This document shows positions 30,004 through 39,557 of a stretch of 64,000 bases of DNA, in pieces. Source of the DNA: Candidatus Sericytochromatia bacterium. Its GTDB lineage: Bacteria > Cyanobacteriota > Sericytochromatia > UBA7694 > JACMQJ01. The stretch lies in contig JAXLXH010000001.1 of assembly GCA_046328015.1 (NCBI GenBank), positions 3,374,316 through 3,438,315 of the forward strand, in the 5' to 3' direction. Within the stretch, counting starts at the first letter, position 1; each line of letters starts with the position of its first letter. The notes below the pieces were generated by a model, which made no database searches, had not been told where the DNA came from, and worked only from the letters and a program-made list of their open reading frames with translations. The translations under genes and the position numbers were made by a program.

Positions 30004-30929
30004 ATTGTATAAGTAATGAATTACTTAGTCTGTATATAGATAATTTATTAGATAGTAGTGAAAAATTAAAAGTAGAATCACATTTAGATTCTTGTGAAGC
30101 ATGTGCCTTAAATTATAAGGCTCTAAAAAATGTGGTTTTGTCTGTTCAAAACATTACAATAAATAATATAGATGTATCTGATAATTTTATTAATGCAATA
30201 TTTACTAAAATAGACCAAATAAAACATCCTTCTTTTGAAGCTATTTCAACTTATTATGATAATGAAAATAATCTTGAAAAATCTTTAGAAATAAGAACTC
30301 ATCTGGAAGAATGTTATCCATGTGAAAAAATTTATAATTCTATTAATTTTGAAAGCAATGAAATAGCAGAATTACCTAGTTATGAAATAGATGAAGATTT
30401 ATTTTTATCTTCTTTAATGTCTAAAATAGAAGAAATAGCTACAGAAAAACATATTAACTCAGAAGATCTTTCTGCTTATGTTGATAAAGAATATCAATTT
30501 ATAAATAAAATAGAACTAGAAGAGCATATAAAAGTTTGTTCTGCATGCAATGAAAATATTTTAAAATTAGAAAGATTAAAAAAATCCACACAATCTTTAC
30601 CTGAGCCTATACTAGATTTACATTTTGCTAGTAAAGTTTTAAATAAAATAGAGAAAAAAGAAGAAAAAATAGTTCATTTATTTTCAAGAAAATTTTTCTC
30701 AAAAATATCTATTGCAGCAGCTATTACTGCTATTATGTTAGTTCCTTTTTCTAGAGTACTACCAACTGTTACAAAAATAGCTGAAAATAAAATAGAAAAT
30801 ATTACTATCACAGAGCACTCTGAGAACTATATATTTTCATCTGGAATGGATTATAAATCAGATTCTATAGAGGTTCTTACAGAAAATACTCAAAAGGATG
30901 ATTTAGAAATAGAGGATATAGGTCTTTAA
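30000..30929 (+). CDS. Membrane anti-sigma factor with three tandem zf-HC2 (ZAS-like HxxxCxxC) motifs
   Basis: Its start overlaps the sigma stop. The three motifs are HLDSCEACA, HLEECYPCE and HIKVCSACN, each preceded by LS.Y.D. A single TM helix is followed by a roughly 60-aa C-terminus. Confidence 0.75.
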   Translation: MNCISNELLSLYIDNLLDSSEKLKVESHLDSCEACALNYKALKNVVLSVQNITINNIDVSDNFINAIFTKIDQIKHPSFEAISTYYDNENNLEKSLEIRTHLEECYPCEKIYNSINFESNEIAELPSYEIDEDLFLSSLMSKIEEIATEKHINSEDLSAYVDKEYQFINKIELEEHIKVCSACNENILKLERLKKSTQSLPEPILDLHFASKVLNKIEKKEEKIVHLFSRKFFSKISIAAAITAIMLVPFSRVLPTVTKIAENKIENITITEHSENYIFSSGMDYKSDSIEVLTENTQKDDLEIEDIGL

Positions 30930-31354
30930 TGAATAACAATGTAGCAAAAATATCTTTTATTAGTTTATTAATAGCATTTTTATTAACTTTTAATGCTTTT
31001 GCTGATGATAGAAAATTGCCAAGACCTCCAATAGAATCTACAAACTCTTTAGCTATAAACTGGGGAATTCTAAATTTAACAGTTCAACAAAAAGAAAAAA
31101 TGAGGTTAATGAATATAGATTTTCAAAAAGTATCTATTAAATTAAAAGCTGATATAGATTTAAAACAAATAGAAATAGAAAAACTACTTATTTCACCTCA
31201 CTCTAATTCAGAACAAATTAGAAAAATTATGAAAGATAAGTTAGCTTTAGAATCAAAGCTAAGAATGGAAGCTTTAGAAAATTTTTTACAAAAAAAAGCT
31301 TTATTAACAACAGATCAGCTAGCAAAATTACCTACAGCTGTTAACTCTAGGTAA
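30929..31354 (+). CDS. Periplasmic LTXXQ-motif protein (Spy/CpxP family)
   Basis: A signal peptide is followed by two LTxxQ motifs (LTVQQKEKM, LTTDQLAKL) and the helical composition is typical of the family. Confidence 0.55.
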   Translation: MNNNVAKISFISLLIAFLLTFNAFADDRKLPRPPIESTNSLAINWGILNLTVQQKEKMRLMNIDFQKVSIKLKADIDLKQIEIEKLLISPHSNSEQIRKIMKDKLALESKLRMEALENFLQKKALLTTDQLAKLPTAVNSR

Positions 31355-31359
31355 ATCTT

Positions 31360-32319
31360 ATGAATCATCATGATCATGAACACTCTCATAATCATAGTCA
31401 TGAGCATAAAAAGCATAATCATCATGAACATAACCATAATCATTCACATTCTCATGAAGTAGATAGTAGTAATATCAAAATTTTATCTTTTTCTTTAGTT
31501 ATAACTTTTTCTTTTATGTTTTCTGAGTTAATTGGAGGAGTAATCAGTAAAAGTTTATCTTTAATTTCTGATGCGGGGCATATGTTTAGTGATTCTTTTG
31601 CTTTACTTATAGCTATAATAGCTGTTAATTTAGGAAGTAAAAAAGCTAATACTTCTAAAAGTTTTGGTTATAAAAGAGCTGAAACTATAGCTGCATTTGT
31701 TAATGGTATTTTACTATTAATATCAGCTATTTTAATAATAAAAGAAAGTATTTATAGATTATTTTCTCCAGAAAAAATAAACTCTGAAATAATGCTTTTA
31801 ATAGCTATATTAGGATTAATAGCTAATATTGTAGTAGCAGGTATTTTATTTAAAAGTTCTAAAGAAAATTTGAATATAAAATCTGCTTTTCTGCATGTAA
31901 TTGGAGATCTTTTAGGTTCTATTGGTGTTATAGTTTCTTCTATAATTATAAAAATGACAGGAAATACTTTATCAGATCCTATAGTTAGTATTTTAATAGC
32001 TATTTTAATTACCCATTCTTCTATTAATATAATAAAGCAAACTTTTCATATTCTTATGGAAGGAACACCTATTAATATAAATATTTCTAATATTTTAGAA
32101 AAAATAAAAAAATTACACGGTGTTTCTGATATACATGATTTACATATATGGTCTTTAGATAATAAAAAAAATATTCTTACTGCACATATTGTTTTGACTG
32201 AAGGTTATGCAATAGAAGAAGTTAAAAAATCTATAAAAGATACTTTAGCACATGAATTTGAAATTAATCATTCAACACTAGAGTTTGAAAATATAAAATG
32301 TAATACTAGTTGTGATTAA
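31360..32319 (+). CDS. czcD: Cation diffusion facilitator (CzcD/ZitB-like Zn/Co/Cd efflux) with a His-rich N-terminus
   Basis: A His-rich 35-aa N-terminus is followed by six TM helices and the motifs SDAGHMFSD and HVIGDLLGS. The C-terminal cytoplasmic domain is typical of CDF transporters. Confidence 0.85.
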   Translation: MNHHDHEHSHNHSHEHKKHNHHEHNHNHSHSHEVDSSNIKILSFSLVITFSFMFSELIGGVISKSLSLISDAGHMFSDSFALLIAIIAVNLGSKKANTSKSFGYKRAETIAAFVNGILLLISAILIIKESIYRLFSPEKINSEIMLLIAILGLIANIVVAGILFKSSKENLNIKSAFLHVIGDLLGSIGVIVSSIIIKMTGNTLSDPIVSILIAILITHSSINIIKQTFHILMEGTPININISNILEKIKKLHGVSDIHDLHIWSLDNKKNILTAHIVLTEGYAIEEVKKSIKDTLAHEFEINHSTLEFENIKCNTSCD

Positions 32320-32321
32320 AT

Positions 32322-32780
32322 CTATTTTTTATTATTTTCCCAAAAATAAACTTGATTTTCAAGATATTCTATAAAATCTAAGAATTTTTTACCATCATTT
32401 ACATTAGGAGACCAATATTGTATTTGATATTCGTTTTTTATAGGATCAAAATTATCTAAATCAAAACAATAAAAATCTTCATCATAACCAAGAGTAAAAA
32501 TAATAAGATTTTTGGGTATAGCTCTAGTTTTTCTTCTATTTCTCCAATAGCTATTTATACGGATAATATGCGATATATTTTTATAATCATTTCCTAAACT
32601 GGAAAAAAAACTTGAGAAAGAATTTGATTTTTTTGCAAACTCAATAAATGATTCAGGCAGTTTAAAACCAAAATGAGTTTCTATTTTTTTTATACTAGAA
32701 TCATTTGGTTTTACTAAATTTTGATTATATATAGGAATTAATCTATCAAATTTAATAGTTAATTCTTCTATATTATTCAT
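32322..32780 (-). CDS. SMI1/KNR4 (SUKH-1) family protein
   Basis: ETHFGFKLPESFIEFAKK matches the SUKH 'KLPEDYKEFL' core and the length is about 150 aa. Confidence 0.5.
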   Translation of the reverse strand: MNNIEELTIKFDRLIPIYNQNLVKPNDSSIKKIETHFGFKLPESFIEFAKKSNSFSSFFSSLGNDYKNISHIIRINSYWRNRRKTRAIPKNLIIFTLGYDEDFYCFDLDNFDPIKNEYQIQYWSPNVNDGKKFLDFIEYLENQVYFWENNKK

Positions 32781-32792
32781 TTAATTATATAT

Positions 32793-33803
32793 TTAAGAAA
32801 CAAAACCAAATAATCTTAAACGGCTTATACCACCATCTGGGAAAATATTAATTCTTACGTGTGTAAAAGTTTTATCGGTTTTTAATTCATCATAAAAATG
32901 TTCTGTATGAGCAGACAGTTTAGTTTTTGGTAATATTTCTGTCCATTCTATGCTAGAATTTGTTAACTCACTATCAGCTAAATTTGGTTCATAACAACCC
33001 TCTAACCAAAAATGATCTGGATAATTACCTTTGAAATGATTGGTATCAACTAGTACTTTTTTTATACTACCAGCTTTTGCCAACTTAACAATAGCCCAAT
33101 CTGGATGAGTTTGAATTCTTTTTCTTTTAGTTTCCCAACCATCACCCATATTTTCAGCTCTATTTGGATTTATCATATTATCTTTAGAACCAAAAAACAT
33201 ATCGTTTGCTAAAATTACTCTACCACCATTTACCAATCCAGCAAGATCTATCATTTCATCTGATTTAAATTTATCCCAATCTTTATAAACATTTCCATAA
33301 ACTTTTAATCTTGCGACACCACCATCTGGAAAAATATTTAATCTTAAATAATTATAAGGTTTATCACTTCCATTAGTTGCAAAAAGGTTTTGAGAACCAG
33401 GGTTAAGAGGTGATTTTGGTAAAATTTCAACCCAATTCAAATTCTGTAAATCATCAGTTTTAGGTTCACTTTCAAGATAGCAAGCATCAATGGAAGCATA
33501 AGGAGGATGATTACCTAAAAAATGATTAGTATCAATATCAACACCTTTTATAAAACCAGTAATACCTAATTTTAATATACACCAATCATAACCAGGAACT
33601 CTTTTCCTTCTTGATTCCCAACCATCCATCCATTTTCCATTTTCAGTATATTTATCAGGTATAAAAATACCTCTTCCTGATTTTAATAGGTTTTCTTTTT
33701 CTGCAAAAAACTCATCACTTGCTAATAAAGCTTTACCGCCTACTTTTTCCCCAGCTAATTCTACTAAACCAGCAAAAGCAGCTGATGGTGTACTTTTTTC
33801 CAT
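32793..33803 (-). CDS. alc: Allantoicase
   Basis: The protein has two allantoicase repeats: GKWMDGWESRRKR…NIFPDGGVARLKVYG and GDGWETKRKR…NIFPDGGISRLRLFG. Confidence 0.8.
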   Translation of the reverse strand: MEKSTPSAAFAGLVELAGEKVGGKALLASDEFFAEKENLLKSGRGIFIPDKYTENGKWMDGWESRRKRVPGYDWCILKLGITGFIKGVDIDTNHFLGNHPPYASIDACYLESEPKTDDLQNLNWVEILPKSPLNPGSQNLFATNGSDKPYNYLRLNIFPDGGVARLKVYGNVYKDWDKFKSDEMIDLAGLVNGGRVILANDMFFGSKDNMINPNRAENMGDGWETKRKRIQTHPDWAIVKLAKAGSIKKVLVDTNHFKGNYPDHFWLEGCYEPNLADSELTNSSIEWTEILPKTKLSAHTEHFYDELKTDKTFTHVRINIFPDGGISRLRLFGFVS

Positions 33804-33871
33804 TTTTTACCTCATTTTAAAAGATATTTTTTAGAGCTTTATTCTATCATGTATTTTATTCATGAGCAAAA

Positions 33872-33905
33872 AGCCAATTATTTTTATAAAAATAATTGGC
33901 TTGGT
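33872..33905 (-). terminator. Perfect 34-nt palindrome (AAGCCAATTATTTTTATAAAAATAATTGGCTT), a likely terminator of the upstream minus-strand gene
   Basis: The inverted repeat sits between convergent gene ends, and its minus-strand reading is followed by TTTTGCTC. Confidence 0.4.
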
Positions 33906-33927
33906 ATATTTTATATTAATTTAAAAT

Positions 33928-35307
33928 TTATCTTAAAGGTGGTAATGAATCATTATTATCAGGAACTGGATCATAATAATCACTAGCTTGTAAACCTTTA
34001 GTAAGTATATCGGTTGCTTTACCTGCAACGATTGTACTAGTAACAGGATTAGCTTTAACAAATTGTACAGTGTTTTTAACAGCATTAACACTTATGCCTA
34101 TACCTTTTCCAACTGTACCACTTACAACTTTAACAGCTTCAGCACCTTTTGGTCCAAGTATAGTTTCTAAACCATTATTTAATCCAGAACCCATTGGTTT
34201 AAACGCTTCACTAATTTTAGAGAAACCTCTACCAATTGCACCTTTTATTTCTCCAAAACCTATTGCTATCATACCAGTACCTTTTGAAGCTTGAGCTGTT
34301 TCTGATATAGCTTCAATAGCACCTGAACTTTGTGCAACTTCTTTAGCAATTTTTGCACCTTTACTTGTTTTTGCAACTCTAGTTGCTGTAGTTGCAGCAT
34401 TAACTGTAGTTTCAGCTGTATTAACCACTCCACCTATATTTATTATTACAGGTCCGTTTATTTTACCATTTCCTGAAACTTTTACTACATCCTTAATTTC
34501 TTTTAAAGCACCTTTACCGATTTTTACTCCGCCTTCAATGCTATTAACAAGAACTTTTCCAGAACCAGCACCTTCAACTAATTTAGCACCTTTAGCTGCT
34601 TTTTTGGTAGTATCAGCAACTTTACCTGTATCAGTAACAACTTCTGTTACAGTTTTACCTGTATCAGCTACATTATCACCACCAGAAATAACTTTACCAG
34701 CATCTTTTTCTTTAGTCATACCAGCAGTCATAAGTATTAAACCTACATCAAACACAGCTCTACCAGTAGCTTCTCCATAATTTCCTTTGCTAATTGCATC
34801 AACATAAGGAGAACTTATTCCTTTTACAATTCCCATTGGAAGATCTATAGAAACAGCTCTTAAAGCTTTACCAGGATTATGAACAGCAAAAGAAATACCA
34901 TCTTTTACAGGTTTTAGAGTTTGTTTTGGTTTTGTAAGTAAACCCAAAGCTGTACCTCCAACTACTTTTCCAAAAGTAACAACACCCATAACTGTATCAC
35001 CAGCAGCTTTACCAAACCCTTTAACCATACCAACACCAAAGTCTAAAGGATTTTTATCTCCTGTATCAACTCTTTGTGAGTTTGGCATTTCTGGGCTTAT
35101 AGCATCTATTGGAGCTAAAATATCTTCATTAGCAGGTATTCTACCTTTTGGAGTGGTTTCTCTATTAGATCTTAAAGAATCTAATGATTGAAGACCTTCA
35201 CCACCAGAATTATTTTCTACAGGTTGTTGTTGAACAGGTCTTTTAGCTTTTAAAGCGTCTAAAGACTCAAGTCCAAAATTACTGTTTACTGTTACGCCGT
35301 CCATCAA
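33928..35307 (-). CDS. Gly/Lys/Val/Ala/Thr-rich hypothetical protein (no signal peptide)
   Basis: This is a 459-aa ORF with repetitive GKG/VKG-type low complexity. Its GC content is higher than the neighbourhood and I recognise no domain. Confidence 0.5.
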   Translation of the reverse strand: MMDGVTVNSNFGLESLDALKAKRPVQQQPVENNSGGEGLQSLDSLRSNRETTPKGRIPANEDILAPIDAISPEMPNSQRVDTGDKNPLDFGVGMVKGFGKAAGDTVMGVVTFGKVVGGTALGLLTKPKQTLKPVKDGISFAVHNPGKALRAVSIDLPMGIVKGISSPYVDAISKGNYGEATGRAVFDVGLILMTAGMTKEKDAGKVISGGDNVADTGKTVTEVVTDTGKVADTTKKAAKGAKLVEGAGSGKVLVNSIEGGVKIGKGALKEIKDVVKVSGNGKINGPVIINIGGVVNTAETTVNAATTATRVAKTSKGAKIAKEVAQSSGAIEAISETAQASKGTGMIAIGFGEIKGAIGRGFSKISEAFKPMGSGLNNGLETILGPKGAEAVKVVSGTVGKGIGISVNAVKNTVQFVKANPVTSTIVAGKATDILTKGLQASDYYDPVPDNNDSLPPLR

Positions 35308-35529
35308 ATACTCCTAGTTTATATCAAACTATATACCTTATTTATAGGATTTTTTTTTTAAATCTTGTTCTATATTTATAAAGTTAACAATAAGATTAGG
35401 TTATCTTTAGGTTAATTTATAAACTAATAACTAATATCTTATAAAATTGTAATTAAAATACCATTCAAAAGCATATATTAATGATATAATTTTTTACTTA
35501 TAATCTGAAATTGTTTTTTAGTTATAGAT

Positions 35530-36744
35530 ATGGAAGATACATCAAGTTTAGATAAATTTAAAATAAAAGATACTTACGAAACAGAAGAAGTAGTTGGACA
35601 CGGTTCTACTGGAATTGTTTATAGCGGAAAAGAGTTAAAAACTGGAAACCCTGTAGCAATAAAAATACTAAACCAAGAGTTAAGTAAACATGATAAATTT
35701 GTTAATCAATTAAAAATAGAGATTGATAAAATTTCAAACTTAAGTCATCCCAATATAGTATCAGTAAAAGATACTGGAAAAGAAGGTGAAAAGTGTTTTA
35801 TAATTCTTGAATACGTAAAATGTAAAAGTTTAGCTGATTTCTTAAAAGCAAATAAAAATTTATCTGTAAAAGAAGCTACTAGCTTATTAAAACAACTAGC
35901 TTTAGCTGTTCAATATACTAGCGATAATAAAATAGTTCATAAATCTATAACTCCTACTAATATTTTAGTTTCGAGTGATAATGTTTTAAAATTATCAGGC
36001 TTTGGAATTAACAGTGCTTTAGCTACAGCTTGGCTTACAATGACTGGTACATCCAATGCTCATGTTGAGTATATGTCTCCTGAGCAAGCAGAAGGAGAAG
36101 AAGCTGATTATAGAAGCGATATTTATTCTTTAGGTATAATAGCTTATCTTATTTTAACAGGTGAAGTTCCATTTAAAAGAGATTCTACATCAAAAAGTAT
36201 TTTAGCTGTAGCAATGAAGCATATAAATACACCACCAGAACCTCCAACTGAAAAAAATCCTGAAATTCCAAAATGGTTAGAAGATATTGTTTTAAAATGC
36301 TTAGAGAAAAAAGCAGAAGATAGATTTCAATCTGGTAAAGAAATATATGATTATTTAGAAGCTCAAAAAAGTCCTTATGAAGCTAATTCTAATAACTTTT
36401 CTTCAACTTCGACTTCTGATGATGATTATGTAACTGAATTACCTCAGGATATAAAACCAACAGAACAATTTTTTCCACCTGAAATAAAACAAGTTACTGT
36501 TACTCCTGAAGAAGTAAAAGAAAGAAAAACAGGCGATAAATTAAAAATTGCTAATAATAGAAATTCAAATCAAGTGGTATCAGCAAAAACAGGTCCATTA
36601 CCAACCAGTCCTAAAATAGACTCTGAAAATTCGCCTGTTATTCATGAGCAAGAATCTAAAAAAGGTGGTATGAATATTGCTGTAATAGCTATTATGGCTA
36701 TTATAATAATTGCACTTTTACTTGTCATAGTACTAAAAAAATAA
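35530..36744 (+). CDS. Hanks-type Ser/Thr protein kinase-like protein, predicted pseudokinase, with a C-terminal TM anchor
   Basis: The kinase core is VAIKIL, with the VAIK Lys intact. Catalytic HRD is replaced by HKS and the DFG motif reads SGFG. A C-terminal TM helix, IAVIAIMAIIIIALLLVIVL, follows. Confidence 0.65.
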   Translation: MEDTSSLDKFKIKDTYETEEVVGHGSTGIVYSGKELKTGNPVAIKILNQELSKHDKFVNQLKIEIDKISNLSHPNIVSVKDTGKEGEKCFIILEYVKCKSLADFLKANKNLSVKEATSLLKQLALAVQYTSDNKIVHKSITPTNILVSSDNVLKLSGFGINSALATAWLTMTGTSNAHVEYMSPEQAEGEEADYRSDIYSLGIIAYLILTGEVPFKRDSTSKSILAVAMKHINTPPEPPTEKNPEIPKWLEDIVLKCLEKKAEDRFQSGKEIYDYLEAQKSPYEANSNNFSSTSTSDDDYVTELPQDIKPTEQFFPPEIKQVTVTPEEVKERKTGDKLKIANNRNSNQVVSAKTGPLPTSPKIDSENSPVIHEQESKKGGMNIAVIAIMAIIIIALLLVIVLKK

Positions 36745-36782
36745 GTAATTTTAGATAATATTTAAATAGAGAGATTAATCAC

Positions 36783-38858
36783 TTGAAAGATTTTTTACTT
36801 GAAATAGGAACTGAAGAACTTCCTGCACATTTTGCTAATGAAGCAAAAGAACAATTTTATTCATTAACTGAAAAATGGTTAAACGAGAATAATTTAAGTT
36901 TTAATGAATTAAAAACTTTTTCTACACCAAGAAGATTATTAGTTTTAATAAAAGGATTAGCTGAATCTCAACCAGATATTGAAAAAGAAGCTAAAGGGCC
37001 TGCCTTAAATATAGCTTTTGATACAGAAAATAAACCAACTAAAGCTTTAGAAGGTTTTTTAAGATCTCAAAATGCTACTTTAGAACAAATAGAAAAAAAA
37101 GATTTTAAAGGTAATTTATTTGTTTACGTAAAAATTTCTCAAAAAGGAAAAAAAGCTGAAGATTTATTACCTAACCTAATTCAATATCTTATTTCTTCAG
37201 TATCTGTTACAAGAGGTATGAGATGGGCCGACTATACAGTTAAATTTTCTAGACCAATTCAATGGATTTTAGCTATATTTGGAAATACTCATTTAAGTTA
37301 TGAAATGGAAGGGGTAAAAGCTTCTAATTTTACTTGTGGTCATAGATTTTTATCTGAGGGTAAAATAGAAATTAATTCTATAGATGATTATTTTTCTAAA
37401 ATTAAAGAAAATAATGTAATAGTTGATAATGAAGAAAGAAAAAAAGATATTATTAATCAATTAAATGAAATAGCAAGCTCTATGAATGCTCGGGTTTTAA
37501 TTACAGAATCTTTATTGGATGAAGTTAGCCAGCTTATAGAAAAACCTTTTGCTATTATGGGAAATTTTGATAATAAATATCTACAAATACCTAATATAGT
37601 TAATGTTACTGTTATGAAATCACATCAGAGATATTTTCCTTTATTTGATAAAGATGGGAAACTTTTACCAAACTTTATTACTATTTCAAATATGAACTTA
37701 AACAAAGAAAATATTAGAAAAGGAAATGAAACTGTTTTAAGAGCAAGATTTGAAGATGCTATGTTTTATTATCAAGAAGATGTAAAAAATAATTTAGAAA
37801 ATAATTTAGAAGAATTAAAAAGAGTTACTTATTTTGAAGAAATTGGTTCTATTTATGATAAAACAGAAAGAATAGAAAAAATAGCCCTATTTATAGCAGA
37901 AAAATACTTTAAATATTCTAATAATGAAAATGTATCTAAAGCTACCAGATTATCAAAAACAGATTTGGTAACTAATATGGTTAAAGAATTTACGGAGCTA
38001 CAAGGTGAAATAGGTTATTATTATCTTTTAAACTCTAAAGAAAATGAAGAAATAGCTTTAGGAGTAAAAGAACAATATTTACCAACTGGAAACAATGATT
38101 CTTTACCATCTACTATTTTAAGCCAAATAGTTAATTTTGCAGATAAATTAGATAATATTATTAGTTGTTATTCTTTGGGTAAAATACCTACTGGTTCTAA
38201 AGATCCTTTTAGTTTAAGAAGACAATCTTTAGGTATTATTAAAACATCTGATAAATATAAAATAGAATTTAATTTACAAGAAGCTTTATCAAAAGCATTT
38301 GATATTTTATCAAATCAAAAATTAATAAAAGCTAGTAAAGATGATGTTTTATCTAAAATAACTGATTTCTTTACTCAAAGAATTAAAAATGATTTAATTG
38401 ATAAAGGTTTTAGACACGATATAATAGATGCTGTACTTGATACAGATTTATTATTAACTAATTTATATACTGTTCAATCTAAAGTTTCTATTTTATCTAA
38501 GTGGGTTGATACAGAAAGTGCTAAAAACGTTATTATGGCTATATCTAGAGTTATAAGAATTTCTAAAGAGAATGGAACTGGAGAAATAAAAGTAAGTCTT
38601 TTTGAAAAAGAACAAGAAAAAGATCTTTATAACGCTTTTAGGTTAGTAACCCCTGATTATGAACATCATATAAATAAAAATGATTATAATTCTGGATTAA
38701 TTACTTTACAAAATCTAGTTACCCCAATAAATAACTTTTTTGATAATGTTATGATTATGGTAGATAATCAAGAAATTAAAAATAATCGTTTATTATTGTT
38801 AAATGAAATAAAGAAACTAACCTTTAGAGTAGCTAATTTGGATAAAATAGTTAATTAG
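36783..38858 (+). CDS. glyS: Glycine--tRNA ligase beta subunit
   Basis: The N-terminus (M)KDFLLEIGTEELPA matches GlyS and the length is 691 aa. The start codon is TTG. Confidence 0.9.
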   Translation: MKDFLLEIGTEELPAHFANEAKEQFYSLTEKWLNENNLSFNELKTFSTPRRLLVLIKGLAESQPDIEKEAKGPALNIAFDTENKPTKALEGFLRSQNATLEQIEKKDFKGNLFVYVKISQKGKKAEDLLPNLIQYLISSVSVTRGMRWADYTVKFSRPIQWILAIFGNTHLSYEMEGVKASNFTCGHRFLSEGKIEINSIDDYFSKIKENNVIVDNEERKKDIINQLNEIASSMNARVLITESLLDEVSQLIEKPFAIMGNFDNKYLQIPNIVNVTVMKSHQRYFPLFDKDGKLLPNFITISNMNLNKENIRKGNETVLRARFEDAMFYYQEDVKNNLENNLEELKRVTYFEEIGSIYDKTERIEKIALFIAEKYFKYSNNENVSKATRLSKTDLVTNMVKEFTELQGEIGYYYLLNSKENEEIALGVKEQYLPTGNNDSLPSTILSQIVNFADKLDNIISCYSLGKIPTGSKDPFSLRRQSLGIIKTSDKYKIEFNLQEALSKAFDILSNQKLIKASKDDVLSKITDFFTQRIKNDLIDKGFRHDIIDAVLDTDLLLTNLYTVQSKVSILSKWVDTESAKNVIMAISRVIRISKENGTGEIKVSLFEKEQEKDLYNAFRLVTPDYEHHINKNDYNSGLITLQNLVTPINNFFDNVMIMVDNQEIKNNRLLLLNEIKKLTFRVANLDKIVN

Positions 38859-38905
38859 TAATAATGATTATTTATTACTATTAAATTAAAATAAAAGGAA
38901 AAATT

Positions 38906-39445
38906 ATGAATTTATCAAAAAAAACAGCTTTAGTTTTAGTATCTATTTTTTCTCTGTCTCTATTACCTTCTTGTTTAACAGGAAATTTGGGTAATTTAGC
39001 TCAAACAGCACAAACCTTTCAAAATCCTAAAGTAAATATTAAATCTGTCAGTTTAGGTGATTTTAATTTACAAGAAATAAATTTTAAAGTTACTATTACA
39101 GTTGAAAACCCTAATGATATTGGAGCTAAAACATCGAATATAGAATATAATTTAGAATTAGCAAAAACAAAACTTATTAGCGGTACTTTAGATAAAGGTT
39201 TAGATTTACAAGCTAAAAAAACGGTAGAAGTAGAAGTTCCTATGAAAGTAGAAACATCTAAATTATTAGCTGTTGCACCTACTATTGCATCTAATTTATC
39301 AAATTTAGATTATGCAGTTTATGGAACCTTAAGTGTAGATACACCTGTAGGTAAAGTTCCTGTGCCTTGGAGAAAAGAAGATAAAATAAACCTTTTAAGT
39401 CTTGCTTCTCTTGTTGGTGGAGCTTTATTAGGCGGAATAAAATAA
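38906..39445 (+). CDS. LEA_2/WHy-like lipoprotein
   Basis: The lipobox is LLPSCLTG. The NPKVNIKSVSLGDF…TITVENPNDIG pattern resembles an LEA-14 domain. Confidence 0.45.
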   Translation: MNLSKKTALVLVSIFSLSLLPSCLTGNLGNLAQTAQTFQNPKVNIKSVSLGDFNLQEINFKVTITVENPNDIGAKTSNIEYNLELAKTKLISGTLDKGLDLQAKKTVEVEVPMKVETSKLLAVAPTIASNLSNLDYAVYGTLSVDTPVGKVPVPWRKEDKINLLSLASLVGGALLGGIK

Positions 39446-39557
39446 CTCTTTCCTAATTACTAATATTAAGATTTACAGAATAAAAACTTATAATAATTAA
39501 ATTATTGCTATCATATTATTTGTTTTTATTTAGTAAAATTTTCCTTTTAAAATTATA

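Noticed and set aside
34070-34780. Plus-strand ORFs inside 33928..35307, and similar antisense ORFs at 1761..2195, 2343..2651, 14529..14720, 25031..25234, 28845..29240, 44275..44571, 44706..44960, 48965..49210, 49383..49604, 49879..50139, 53537..53899, 54685..54954, 56855..57058, 57867..58070, 59383..59640 and 60868..61167
   Set aside because: All are embedded antisense in longer ORFs that have recognisable homology or better coding character. None has an independent RBS or a recognisable product.
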